A stretch of 25,553 bases of DNA from Candidatus Altimarinota bacterium (GTDB taxonomy: Bacteria > Patescibacteriota > Gracilibacteria > JBDHUY01). Positions 17,488 through 25,553 of the stretch are shown here, in pieces. The stretch is from positions 1-25,553 of the forward strand of contig JBDHUY010000021.1 of the NCBI GenBank assembly GCA_039809385.1. Reading direction: 5' to 3'. A program made the position numbers and the translations under genes. A model generated the notes under the pieces. That model did no database searches and was not told where the DNA came from. It saw only the letters and a list, made by a program, of their open reading frames with translations. Each line of letters starts with the position of its first letter. The first letter of the stretch is position 1.

Positions 17488-17546
17488 AGTATAGAGTAGT
17501 AAGTATTTCGTATCTAGCTGTTTGCTGTAGGCTGTAAGCTGTCAGC
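17488..17546. repeat. 7-nt-period tandem repeat
   Basis: agtatag agtagta agtattt cgtatct agctgtt tgctgta ggctgta agctgtc agc. Confidence 0.7.
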
Positions 17547-17590
17547 CCACTTGTTCCCAGTTTTGAGTTTTGATTTTGCCCCTCCCCCCC

Positions 17591-20041
17591 ATGTTATACC
17601 TCCTGATTCTCATCGTCGTTGTCGGTCTTATTGGCGGCTATTTGACTCTGCAGCGAAGCAAATCGAACCTTTCGCGCAGCTTCGACATGGTCTTTTTCAA
17701 AATCCTGATCCCGCGTAAAGAATCGGAAAAAGACAAACAGGAGACTACCAGCGGCCAGACCAGCGAGGGGTTTAAAGAAGCGATCGGGGTCATGGATCAT
17801 TTTTTCACCAACCTCCACAGTATTTACAAAGGCGGCATGGGAGCGTTGATTCGTGGACGCGAGCATATCGCGCTTGAGTATGTTTACTTGGACGAGCAGG
17901 TCGGATTCTATATGGTAGCCCCGCGTAAACTGGCCAATTTGCTTGAGAAACAGGTCACCAGCTTCTACCCTGAAGCTATTTTCGAACAGACCGAAGACTA
18001 TAATCTGTTTTTACCCGACAGCCAGCAGTCTTCCGCCTATCTTACATTCTCAAAAAGCTACGGGTATCCGCTCAAGACATTTAAAACCATAGAATCGGAT
18101 CCGATCAACAGTATCGTCAATTCGCTGAGTAAACTGGGCAAAGACGAAACAGCCGCAATCCAGTTCCTGATCCGGCCCGAAAAGAGCGGCTGGCAAAAAA
18201 AGTGCAAAAACATCGCTTCGTCGCTACAGGGAGGGAAATCGCAGCGTTCTTTTTCGCTCAATCCGATTAAAATTTTGGGACTGCTTCTGGATATTTTTCA
18301 ACAGGGGCTGGATGACAAAAAACAGCCCGAGGCCAATAAACCGACCCCCTTGATCGACGAAGCAATCAAGGCACTGGGAGAAAAATCCAATAGCCAGGGC
18401 TACGAAGCGGTGATTCGGATCGTGACTTCGGCGCCGACTCGCGAGATCGCCACCAATAACCTCACGATCATCAAAAGCTCGTTTACCCAGTTTGCGGGTC
18501 CGGATATCAACGGCTTGAAATCGGTAAAACATCACAGTAACCGCGCTTGCCTGACGAACTTTATTCTACGATCATTCAGAAAAAGTATTCCCGAATACTG
18601 GAAAGGCAAAATGATCCTGTCGACGACCGAAATCGCGTCGATGTTCCATTTACCCAATACCAAATTTAACAAGATCGCGGCGATCCAGTGGCAAAATTAT
18701 AAGATCGCGCCGCCGCCGCCCAGTGTGCCCAAAGAAGGATTACTCCTCGGGCACAATATCTATCGGGGTGTCAAAACGCCGATATACATGATGCGCGAAG
18801 ACCGCTTTCGGCACTTTTACGTGATCGGACAGACGGGTACCGGAAAATCGAGTATGCTGATCACGATGGTGAAACAGGATTTGCAAAACAGCGACGGTTT
18901 CGCAGTGATGGATCCGCACGGACAGCTGGCCGACGATCTTTTTCCATTTATTCCGCGAGAGCGCGCCGACGACATTATCTATTTCAACCCGGCCGACGTG
19001 GAGCGCCCGATGGGGCTGAATCTGCTGGAGGCTCAAAATGAAGAGGAACGCGATCTGGTGGCTCTGGATGCTATGAACATGATGATCAAGCTCTTCGGGA
19101 ACGAAGTCTTCGGTCCGCGGATCCAGGACTATTTCCGAAACGGCTGCCTGACGCTGATGGCCGATCCGGAAGGCGGAGCCCTGACCGATATCGTGCGTCT
19201 GTTCACCGACGATACGTTTCAGCAGTACAAGGTGACGAAGGTGGCCAATCCGATCGTGAAATCGTTTTGGGAAAAACAGATGGCTTCGACCGGTCAGCGC
19301 GAAAAGCAAGAGATGATCCCCTATTTCGCGGCCAAATTCGGCCAGTTCACCACGAATTCGCTGATGCGTAACATTATCGGCCAGGTGAAATCGGCATTCC
19401 AGATTTCGGAAGTGATGGATACGGGTAAAATTCTGTTGATCAATTTGTCCAAAGGTCTGATCGGCGACATCAACTCGAATTTGCTGGGTATGATCATCGT
19501 ATCCAAGGTGCAAACCGCGGCACTGAGACGCCAGCGGGTGGATGCGAAACTGCGCAAGGATTTTTTCTTTTACATCGACGAGTTCCAGAACTTCGTGACC
19601 GATTCGATCGAGTCGATTCTGTCGGAAGCCCGTAAATACCGCCTGAGTCTCAATATCGCCCACCAGTATCTGGGGCAGCTGGAAAAGAGTGATTCGCTGA
19701 GTAAAAGTAGCACGAATCTCAAGAATGCTATTTTCGGAAACGTAGGAACGATTATGTCGTACAAGGTCGGTGCGGCCGACGCCGAATATCTGGAAAAGGA
19801 ATTTACGCCGGTATTTTCCCAGCAGGATCTGGTGAATATTGACGCCCGCAAGGCGGTCATGAAGTTATCGATCAATACCCAGCCGAGCCGGCCGTTCAGT
19901 CTGATTCCGCAAAATCCGAACGCGGGCAACAAGGACTATGAGGTGGTTGAGGCGTTTAAGCAGCTGGCGCGTCTCAAATATGGTCGCGACCGCGATTTTG
20001 TGTCGCGCGAGATTTTTCACCGTATCGGTGTGGCGGGGTAA
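17591..20041 (+). CDS. Type IV coupling protein-like (VirD4/TraD/TrwB, HerA-FtsK superfamily) ATPase with N-terminal TM
   Basis: Walker A GQTGTGKS, DPHG, Walker B YIDEFQNF, LSEARKY.L.L.IAHQY..QL and AIFGNVG motifs. ATG17591 is preferred over TTG17570. Confidence 0.93.
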   Translation: MLYLLILIVVVGLIGGYLTLQRSKSNLSRSFDMVFFKILIPRKESEKDKQETTSGQTSEGFKEAIGVMDHFFTNLHSIYKGGMGALIRGREHIALEYVYLDEQVGFYMVAPRKLANLLEKQVTSFYPEAIFEQTEDYNLFLPDSQQSSAYLTFSKSYGYPLKTFKTIESDPINSIVNSLSKLGKDETAAIQFLIRPEKSGWQKKCKNIASSLQGGKSQRSFSLNPIKILGLLLDIFQQGLDDKKQPEANKPTPLIDEAIKALGEKSNSQGYEAVIRIVTSAPTREIATNNLTIIKSSFTQFAGPDINGLKSVKHHSNRACLTNFILRSFRKSIPEYWKGKMILSTTEIASMFHLPNTKFNKIAAIQWQNYKIAPPPPSVPKEGLLLGHNIYRGVKTPIYMMREDRFRHFYVIGQTGTGKSSMLITMVKQDLQNSDGFAVMDPHGQLADDLFPFIPRERADDIIYFNPADVERPMGLNLLEAQNEEERDLVALDAMNMMIKLFGNEVFGPRIQDYFRNGCLTLMADPEGGALTDIVRLFTDDTFQQYKVTKVANPIVKSFWEKQMASTGQREKQEMIPYFAAKFGQFTTNSLMRNIIGQVKSAFQISEVMDTGKILLINLSKGLIGDINSNLLGMIIVSKVQTAALRRQRVDAKLRKDFFFYIDEFQNFVTDSIESILSEARKYRLSLNIAHQYLGQLEKSDSLSKSSTNLKNAIFGNVGTIMSYKVGAADAEYLEKEFTPVFSQQDLVNIDARKAVMKLSINTQPSRPFSLIPQNPNAGNKDYEVVEAFKQLARLKYGRDRDFVSREIFHRIGVAG

Positions 20042-20200
20042 ACAGGGACTGTCCGTCCGGCTTGGCCTTAAAGGCAGTGATCTGCTTGCCTTTCCAAAGG
20101 CATCAGAAAAGTTAGCTGAAATGAAATTTTATAACCTACCATTCAAAACGTATGGAAACAGAGCCAGGTCAGGATACCAGACCTGATTGGATTAAAAATA

Positions 20201-20602
20201 ATGAAGTTGGAATTGGTGAAGTCGTATATATATAAAGGGGGAAAAATTCCTTATACGATTTTGAAAAAAGAAGTAGCACCAACACTTCCCGGATTTTTAG
20301 GCTACCCACATGGAGAACACCTTTTTATCTCAGAAGAAGTTCCTGAAGCGTTCAGAGTCCCGCAATTGATCCATGAGATTGTCGAATTTACGGAATTACA
20401 GAATCAAAAGGGCAGGTGTGTCGAAGCGTTACAACGTGAGTTGTCGGTTGTTCCGGCAGAAATTAAGCACGCATACCTGGAATATAGAAGGATTTTTTTT
20501 GCCAATCTGATTAGATATTATCATGGCTCTGCCGACGAAGACTTCAAAACAGAAATACAAGCAAGCTATGATTTTTTGCTAGCTTTACAACGGAATCCTT
20601 GA
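20201..20602 (+). CDS. Hypothetical protein with HExxE motif
   Basis: 133-aa ORF with an ATG start. LFISEEVP....LIHEIVE resembles a zincin-like helix. Confidence 0.7.
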   Translation: MKLELVKSYIYKGGKIPYTILKKEVAPTLPGFLGYPHGEHLFISEEVPEAFRVPQLIHEIVEFTELQNQKGRCVEALQRELSVVPAEIKHAYLEYRRIFFANLIRYYHGSADEDFKTEIQASYDFLLALQRNP

Positions 20603-20811
20603 AAGCAATATTTATTTGTTCCCTCCCGCAAAAAGTTGACCTGCAAGTTGCGATTATACTCCTTCGCCGCAGGAATACGAAACTTTTCATAGCGATTGGA
20701 ACTTCCGATTGCCGCGCTTGAGAGCAATTTCAGATGGTATGCTTCGGAGCATTTTCGTAAAATGGATTTAGATGAGTATAAACGGTATTCTTCATTGCGT
20801 GGCTTGAACAG

Positions 20812-20985
20812 GCTCCGTGCATGTACGGATCCTGTACCCCCGCCGGGGCGGGGCAGGCAATCCAGCATGACGGGACTGGGGATTTTTCCCAAGCTCCCCT
20901 TTAATGTCACTCTGAGCGAAGCGAAGAGTCCCGGGACGGTCGGTACGATGGTGAACGAGTGTGGTGTTCGCTATACTGGCTGGGA
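20812..20985 (+). repeat. 174-bp direct repeat, copy 1
   Basis: Ungapped alignment to 21788-21961 with 8 mismatches by manual count (~95% identity). Confidence 0.95.
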
Positions 20986-21130
20986 GCGGATTTCAGGACC
21001 GACACGAGTGTCGAGGCGAGCAAGGCCGGTGATTCTTTGAGAAGTTGGGTACCAGATTGGTAGGATTTTCTATTTGTAATTTTATACAGATTTGATAACT
21101 TGATTTTAGTTATTCATTCAATGGGATGAT

Positions 21131-21394
21131 ATGATCAAAAATGACTTCGTATTTGAACTTGTCTTGGAACCGTCTGAAGAAGGAGGTTTTGTGGTACGAT
21201 GTCCCCAATTACAGGAAGTAGTTACGCAGGGAGAGACAATTGAAGAAGCGATTGCAATGGGGAGAGAAGCTGTGGAAGCATATATGGGATTTATGGAAAA
21301 GAAGAATATACCTCTGCCATCATCCATGATTCGGAATACGGCCGGAAGAACCCGTCATAGGAACCGTATTCGTGTCCAATTTGAACCTGTATGA
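21131..21394 (+). CDS. hicB: HicB-family antitoxin (short form)
   Basis: LEPSEEGGFVVRCPQL..V.TQGETIEEA..M.REA.E.Y.......PLP. Confidence 0.93.
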   Translation: MIKNDFVFELVLEPSEEGGFVVRCPQLQEVVTQGETIEEAIAMGREAVEAYMGFMEKKNIPLPSSMIRNTAGRTRHRNRIRVQFEPV

Positions 21395-21621
21395 GTCCCG
21401 CTTTGCCCATTACCACGTCAAAGAAAATAGTAAAAGCCCTCCGGAAGGCTGGCTTTTTGCTCGAACATGTACACGGGAGCCATTATGTTTTTGCTCACCC
21501 TGAGCGCCCCAAACAGGGTGTGGTAATACCCATGCATGGCAAAGACCTCAAACGTGGGACATTAGCATCGATACTCAAACAGGCCAATATGACGGTAGAA
21601 GAATTGATAAAAATACTGTAG
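21391..21621 (+). CDS. hicA: HicA-family mRNA interferase toxin
   Basis: L.KAGF.....GSH..F.HP.....V.IP.H.KDLK.GTL.SILKQA motif. ATGA overlap with hicB. Confidence 0.95.
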   Translation: MSPALPITTSKKIVKALRKAGFLLEHVHGSHYVFAHPERPKQGVVIPMHGKDLKRGTLASILKQANMTVEELIKIL

Positions 21622-21787
21622 TATTGATTCGTTGTAGGGATTTTGTATTGCTTCTGACCTAAAAGAAGGTCTTCCCAAAGAATTCGGGGACAGGTACAGC
21701 GATGAAAATGAGCGCGGTATCCAGCGCATGGAACGGGAGTAGAGTGTCTTGGTTTGATACGCACTCTTTACTGAGCGCCATAAAAAA

Positions 21788-21961
21788 GCTCCGCGCGTTT
21801 ACGGATCCTGTACCCCCGCCGGGGCGGGGCAGGCAATCCAGCATGACGGGACTGGGGATTTTTCCTAAGCTCCCCTTTAATGTCACTCTGAGCGAGGCGA
21901 AGAGTCCCGGGACGGTTGGTACGATGGTGAACGAGTGTGGTGTTCGCTGTACTGGATGGGA
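21788..21961 (+). repeat. 174-bp direct repeat, copy 2
   Basis: Matches copy 1 at an offset of 976 bp. Confidence 0.95.
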
Positions 21962-21990
21962 ATAGAATGCAGCCGTTTGATATGTACTCG

Positions 21991-24900
21991 TCACTGATTA
22001 CTCTTCTGAAACGCCGCATTAAGGCTCGTAATGAAATCTCGTTTTTTTAAATCCAATTGTTCCAAGCTTACGGATTCCTTTAATTTCATGATCCGATTGT
22101 GGCCTAGTTCGAAATAGAGGTTGATCGTGCCATAATTTTGTACGGCAGGATCAATCAGAACCTTGTCATTACTACCCCGGTTCATCTCCTGCATGATAGC
22201 ATTATCATCTACTGACACTAAAGCATTTTCACTAAGATTTATAATGGTATCACTACCACTACCACGATACTGTCCCCCTTGTTGCACGTAAATTTTTGTA
22301 ATGGTATTGCCAGTTTGATTCAGAAATTCCTGTAAAACTTCTCGGACAATTTTCTGATCTCTTTCTCGTTTCTCTTGTTGAGCCTTGATATTTTTATCAA
22401 TCTCTGCCTTTTGTTTGTCTATTTTCTCAGTTAAAACAGTGTTTACACTTGCTTCTTCCACATCCTTAGAAACGGTGATGGATGCGTCCGTATCATGGTA
22501 CCTGATATGAAATGTGTAGTCCCCGGCATTGACAGATTCTAGTGTTAGCTCGGTGAGTTGCTTGTTACCTTTTATACTCTCCAGCTGGAATGTCCGGGTT
22601 AACTGATTTATATTAACTTTTGGCACGATAGTAATAATGACTGCTACCTCAGCAGCGGTTTTTCCTGTCTTCAGATTTTCATACGAAATTTCCTGTGTAA
22701 CGAGTTTAAAGGAGTTATCATTAATGCGGGTGATCTCTACATTTGTAGCAATAGCACCTTGAAAATTATTACTAAATGGAATCGCATGTTTGCCTGTATA
22801 GCTCATACCTCCATACGTCCAATCAACATCGGACTTGGTCTGTTGAATGCCATACCCTCCCTCGAGAATAGCAAAGCCATAGGATTGGAGGATACTTTTA
22901 TGTGATTCTAGTTGTTGATTTACTTTTTTGACCGCTTCGGCAACCGTCATCACCTGCTCGATTTCCGTATTGAGGGAATTATAGTCAGTACTATTGGCAG
23001 CAATCGTGAGTTGGACAGACAGTTTTTCACTCTCTTGAGTGCTATTTTTTTGGGGTGCGTACCTGATGGTGAATTGCTTGTTGCCGTTATTCAGTATTGT
23101 TTCAAACTCTACCTGAACACCTTCTTTTTGAGCCTGGGTAATAAGACCTTTTGTCGTAGTGTCTAAACCATTGGGAAAACCTGGCAAGGTGGTATTTTCA
23201 GCTGCTGTCACAGGTTGACTAGGGGGGGGTATTGTTGCATTCGTCTGTTTTACAAACTCGACTTTGTATGGATATGGCACGTATGAGCTATCTGATTCTT
23301 TGTTAACAAACGTATCTTTATTATTATTCTCTACATTGATCGTATATGTATCCGAACCGTATTTAATCTCAGCTGGTTCGAAAGCAAAACTATCACCTGT
23401 TTTTTTGATAATAATATCCTGGGGAGTATTGTTATCGATTTTTAGTTGAGCACGTGCGGAGATAGGATCACCTGATTTGTTGAGCATATCCACTTTTGTG
23501 ATGGTGACTTTCTGGTCGCCAACTGTGCCTAATGTGAGAACTCTTTGAAGAAGATCCGGATTAATGCTTTCTGCCAGTTTGAGCTCATACTCTCCCTTAT
23601 CATTTTTCACCAGCAACAGACTCATCTGCTTTTTAGGATCTTTGTCTCCAACTTCAATCTTTTCTTTCAGTTCAACCACCAGTGGCTTATCTTTGGCATT
23701 AAGCTTTTCAAAATCAAGGGGAATACTATCAATGGAGACATCTTTATTATCAACTTTTACTGTAAATTTATAGGTCGATTTATTTGCTTCCAGTTCAACT
23801 TTTTCCAGTGTGCCGTTGCTTAGATTGGAAGAATCAATGCTGATCTTACTTTGGTCTTTGGTAAGATCAATGTTTTGCTTATCGGAACTGAGTGCAGCCT
23901 GAACCGTTTCTGGTTTCGCAGGTTCCGTGGAAACTTCGTAATCCTGAATAGTACTCTGCTTCGATATCTTTTTTAACGCATTTATGATATCTTGTCCTTT
24001 ATAGGGAGGATTTATATCTTCAGCAGCTATGTTATTTTGTACTTCTCCATGTTGATCCCTAGCACGAATAAAACAACTCTTCGTCGCTGAAAAATCCTGG
24101 CCAAGGTAAATTCGATATCTTTGTTTGTTAAGAATTACATCGATAGAAGAGAATTGCGATAAAGGTTCATTGGTGAATGGTTGATCAAGAGCAGAGTTTT
24201 GGACAAGACTGATTCCTGTCGGTAGATTTGTCTTAAATTCATCCAATGTCTTTTTGAAATCTGAATTCTTCGCTCGATTAAGAATAGCATTAACTGTATC
24301 GGCTGTTTGCAACTTTGTCCCAAGAAAATTATCACTACCGACGATCTGTTCCAGTACAAACTTATTCTCTTTGTCTTTGTAGATACGGAAATACGATTTA
24401 TTTTTAGAATCTTCTTCTGTATTATCGCTAAACACTACCGAAACAAACCCATCCGGTCCTTTCTTAATTACTGGTGTTATATCTGTGGCCTTAGTCTTTA
24501 ATGTATCGGTGATTTCCCTAACCTGCGTTTCGGCATTGCCAACTGCTTCAGGTTTATACTCCTGTGACAGCTCCTTATCCTTGGCGGCATTGCTCTCCCA
24601 TTGTTGATAGTAGTTGGTATCTTTGCTGACAGTGCGCTTTTCCATACTCTGCTTTAGCTGATCGGCAAGATTATTTTCCAAGTAGACCGCCAGACGATAA
24701 AGAGAATGCATCCCAAACCGCCCGTCGGGTTTGGTCCCGATCGTACGCTGGAGGGCTTTAACAGCACTCGATTTTTCCGCAGCAGATGCGTCATTCAAGC
24801 CCAATGCGGTTGCAATTTTATCGTTCCATTCGGAGACAGAGACTTTGAAATCTTTGTCCTCTTTTTGACTTGCGAGTTCAGCCAATAATTTGCCCAGATC

Positions 24901-25553
24901 CCCTTTTTTGGAATCAAGAAAGGAAATCCGTTCCGCCCGTTTGGCTGCGGAGAAATTCGCTGGTTCCAATGTCGAGATTGTTTCTGTCTTATTGGGAACT
25001 ACGACAGAGTCTTGATTCAGAAAGTCCACAGTGTTCGTACTCTTATCAATAGCCACAGGTTTTGCATTTTGATTGGTCAAATCAAGACGAAATCGCCCTT
25101 GTTTATCGCCTTTCTGCAAAGTAAATTCGACAAACTGAAGGGTCTTCCCATCTTGATCAACCCACTTTAGCCCTGCTTCTTTATTGAGGACAACATCTGG
25201 TTGTACCCCGATCTCTCTCCCGGAAATCGTTACTTTTTCGTTCTTCTGATCAACTCCTACATCTGATTTTTGGAGCAAAGTTACTTGCTCTTTCAATTTG
25301 TCAGCTATTACCGGACTTCCAAACGTATATCCCTCTTTACCACGCAAAACGAAATTTTCTCCAGCATCTGTTTCCACCGTGAACTTTTTGTCCGCCAGTG
25401 TTTTGGTTCCTCCTTTATTCAAATCGAGAATTGTCATCTTATCTGTCGGCGGCTGCGATTTGAGGAATTCACTTAAGTTGGTCCCCTGATCTCTCAAAAT
25501 ACTTAGCTTTGCGGAGCCGGGAATAAGGTGCACGTAGCTGTCATTCTTCTTTA
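21991..25553 (-). CDS. Very large hypothetical protein (>1186 aa, 5' end outside window) with a peptidoglycan-binding-like motif
   Basis: The frame stays open from the window edge (KKNDSYV...) to TGA21991. It is K/D/N/T-rich and contains AVKALQRTIGTKPDGRFG. Confidence 0.85.
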   Translation of the reverse strand, partial: KKNDSYVHLIPGSAKLSILRDQGTNLSEFLKSQPPTDKMTILDLNKGGTKTLADKKFTVETDAGENFVLRGKEGYTFGSPVIADKLKEQVTLLQKSDVGVDQKNEKVTISGREIGVQPDVVLNKEAGLKWVDQDGKTLQFVEFTLQKGDKQGRFRLDLTNQNAKPVAIDKSTNTVDFLNQDSVVVPNKTETISTLEPANFSAAKRAERISFLDSKKGDLGKLLAELASQKEDKDFKVSVSEWNDKIATALGLNDASAAEKSSAVKALQRTIGTKPDGRFGMHSLYRLAVYLENNLADQLKQSMEKRTVSKDTNYYQQWESNAAKDKELSQEYKPEAVGNAETQVREITDTLKTKATDITPVIKKGPDGFVSVVFSDNTEEDSKNKSYFRIYKDKENKFVLEQIVGSDNFLGTKLQTADTVNAILNRAKNSDFKKTLDEFKTNLPTGISLVQNSALDQPFTNEPLSQFSSIDVILNKQRYRIYLGQDFSATKSCFIRARDQHGEVQNNIAAEDINPPYKGQDIINALKKISKQSTIQDYEVSTEPAKPETVQAALSSDKQNIDLTKDQSKISIDSSNLSNGTLEKVELEANKSTYKFTVKVDNKDVSIDSIPLDFEKLNAKDKPLVVELKEKIEVGDKDPKKQMSLLLVKNDKGEYELKLAESINPDLLQRVLTLGTVGDQKVTITKVDMLNKSGDPISARAQLKIDNNTPQDIIIKKTGDSFAFEPAEIKYGSDTYTINVENNNKDTFVNKESDSSYVPYPYKVEFVKQTNATIPPPSQPVTAAENTTLPGFPNGLDTTTKGLITQAQKEGVQVEFETILNNGNKQFTIRYAPQKNSTQESEKLSVQLTIAANSTDYNSLNTEIEQVMTVAEAVKKVNQQLESHKSILQSYGFAILEGGYGIQQTKSDVDWTYGGMSYTGKHAIPFSNNFQGAIATNVEITRINDNSFKLVTQEISYENLKTGKTAAEVAVIITIVPKVNINQLTRTFQLESIKGNKQLTELTLESVNAGDYTFHIRYHDTDASITVSKDVEEASVNTVLTEKIDKQKAEIDKNIKAQQEKRERDQKIVREVLQEFLNQTGNTITKIYVQQGGQYRGSGSDTIINLSENALVSVDDNAIMQEMNRGSNDKVLIDPAVQNYGTINLYFELGHNRIMKLKESVSLEQLDLKKRDFITSLNAAFQKSNQ

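Noticed and set aside
17100-17560. CRISPR array in the repeat-rich intergenic region
   Set aside because: No identical 25-40 nt repeats with regular unique spacers, and no cas genes.
18740-19663. 307-aa antisense ORF, and similar shadow ORFs (7397-8068, 16242-16811, 15742-16218, 3087-3431)
   Set aside because: They overlap well-supported genes or the tRNA and are explained by codon bias on the coding strand.
20696-22019. ORFs 20696-21040, 20566-20910, 21702-21965, 21659-21994 and 21768-22019 with shared peptide sequence
   Set aside because: Their similarity comes from translating the 174-bp repeat in several frames, and they have no recognisable protein features.
1-25553. Genetic code 25 (TGA=Gly, Gracilibacteria/Absconditabacteria), suggested by tRNA-Gly and CPR-like content
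   Set aside because: The anticodon is TCC, not TCA. TGA terminates genes at sensible positions (5566, 13828, the hicB/hicA ATGA overlap), and long genes have no internal TGA.

Overview
Bacterial chromosome segment read in standard code 11: TGA ends several well-supported genes and Trp is TGG. A lone VirD4/TrwB-like ATPase, an S6 with a long acidic tail and pyrimidine-rich, Shine-Dalgarno-less starts suggest Patescibacteria/CPR, but not the code-25 Gracilibacteria/Absconditabacteria (inference). From left to right: (1) an AT-rich Rhs orphan toxin/immunity array (1-4723). Its two Rhs cassettes are 5'-truncated at the same codon, and each is preceded by the same UUCG/UCCG hairpin and the same beta-propeller gene tail. 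(2) Three membrane-protein genes, an ABC exporter pair, a SIMPL/DUF541 gene, a large membrane-anchored hypothetical and a minimal zincin. (3) A three-gene ABC exporter operon preceded by what looks like a complete leader-peptide transcription attenuator. (4) tRNA-Gly(TCC) followed by a 44-nt CCA-ended tRNA-like mini element, and rpsF-rpsR without ssb. (5) The T4CP-like ATPase, a hicB-hicA module between 174-bp direct repeats, and the 3' part of a very large protein. Intergenic DNA carries REP-like palindromes and 7-nt-period repeats. All family assignments come from motifs read by eye; no searches were run.
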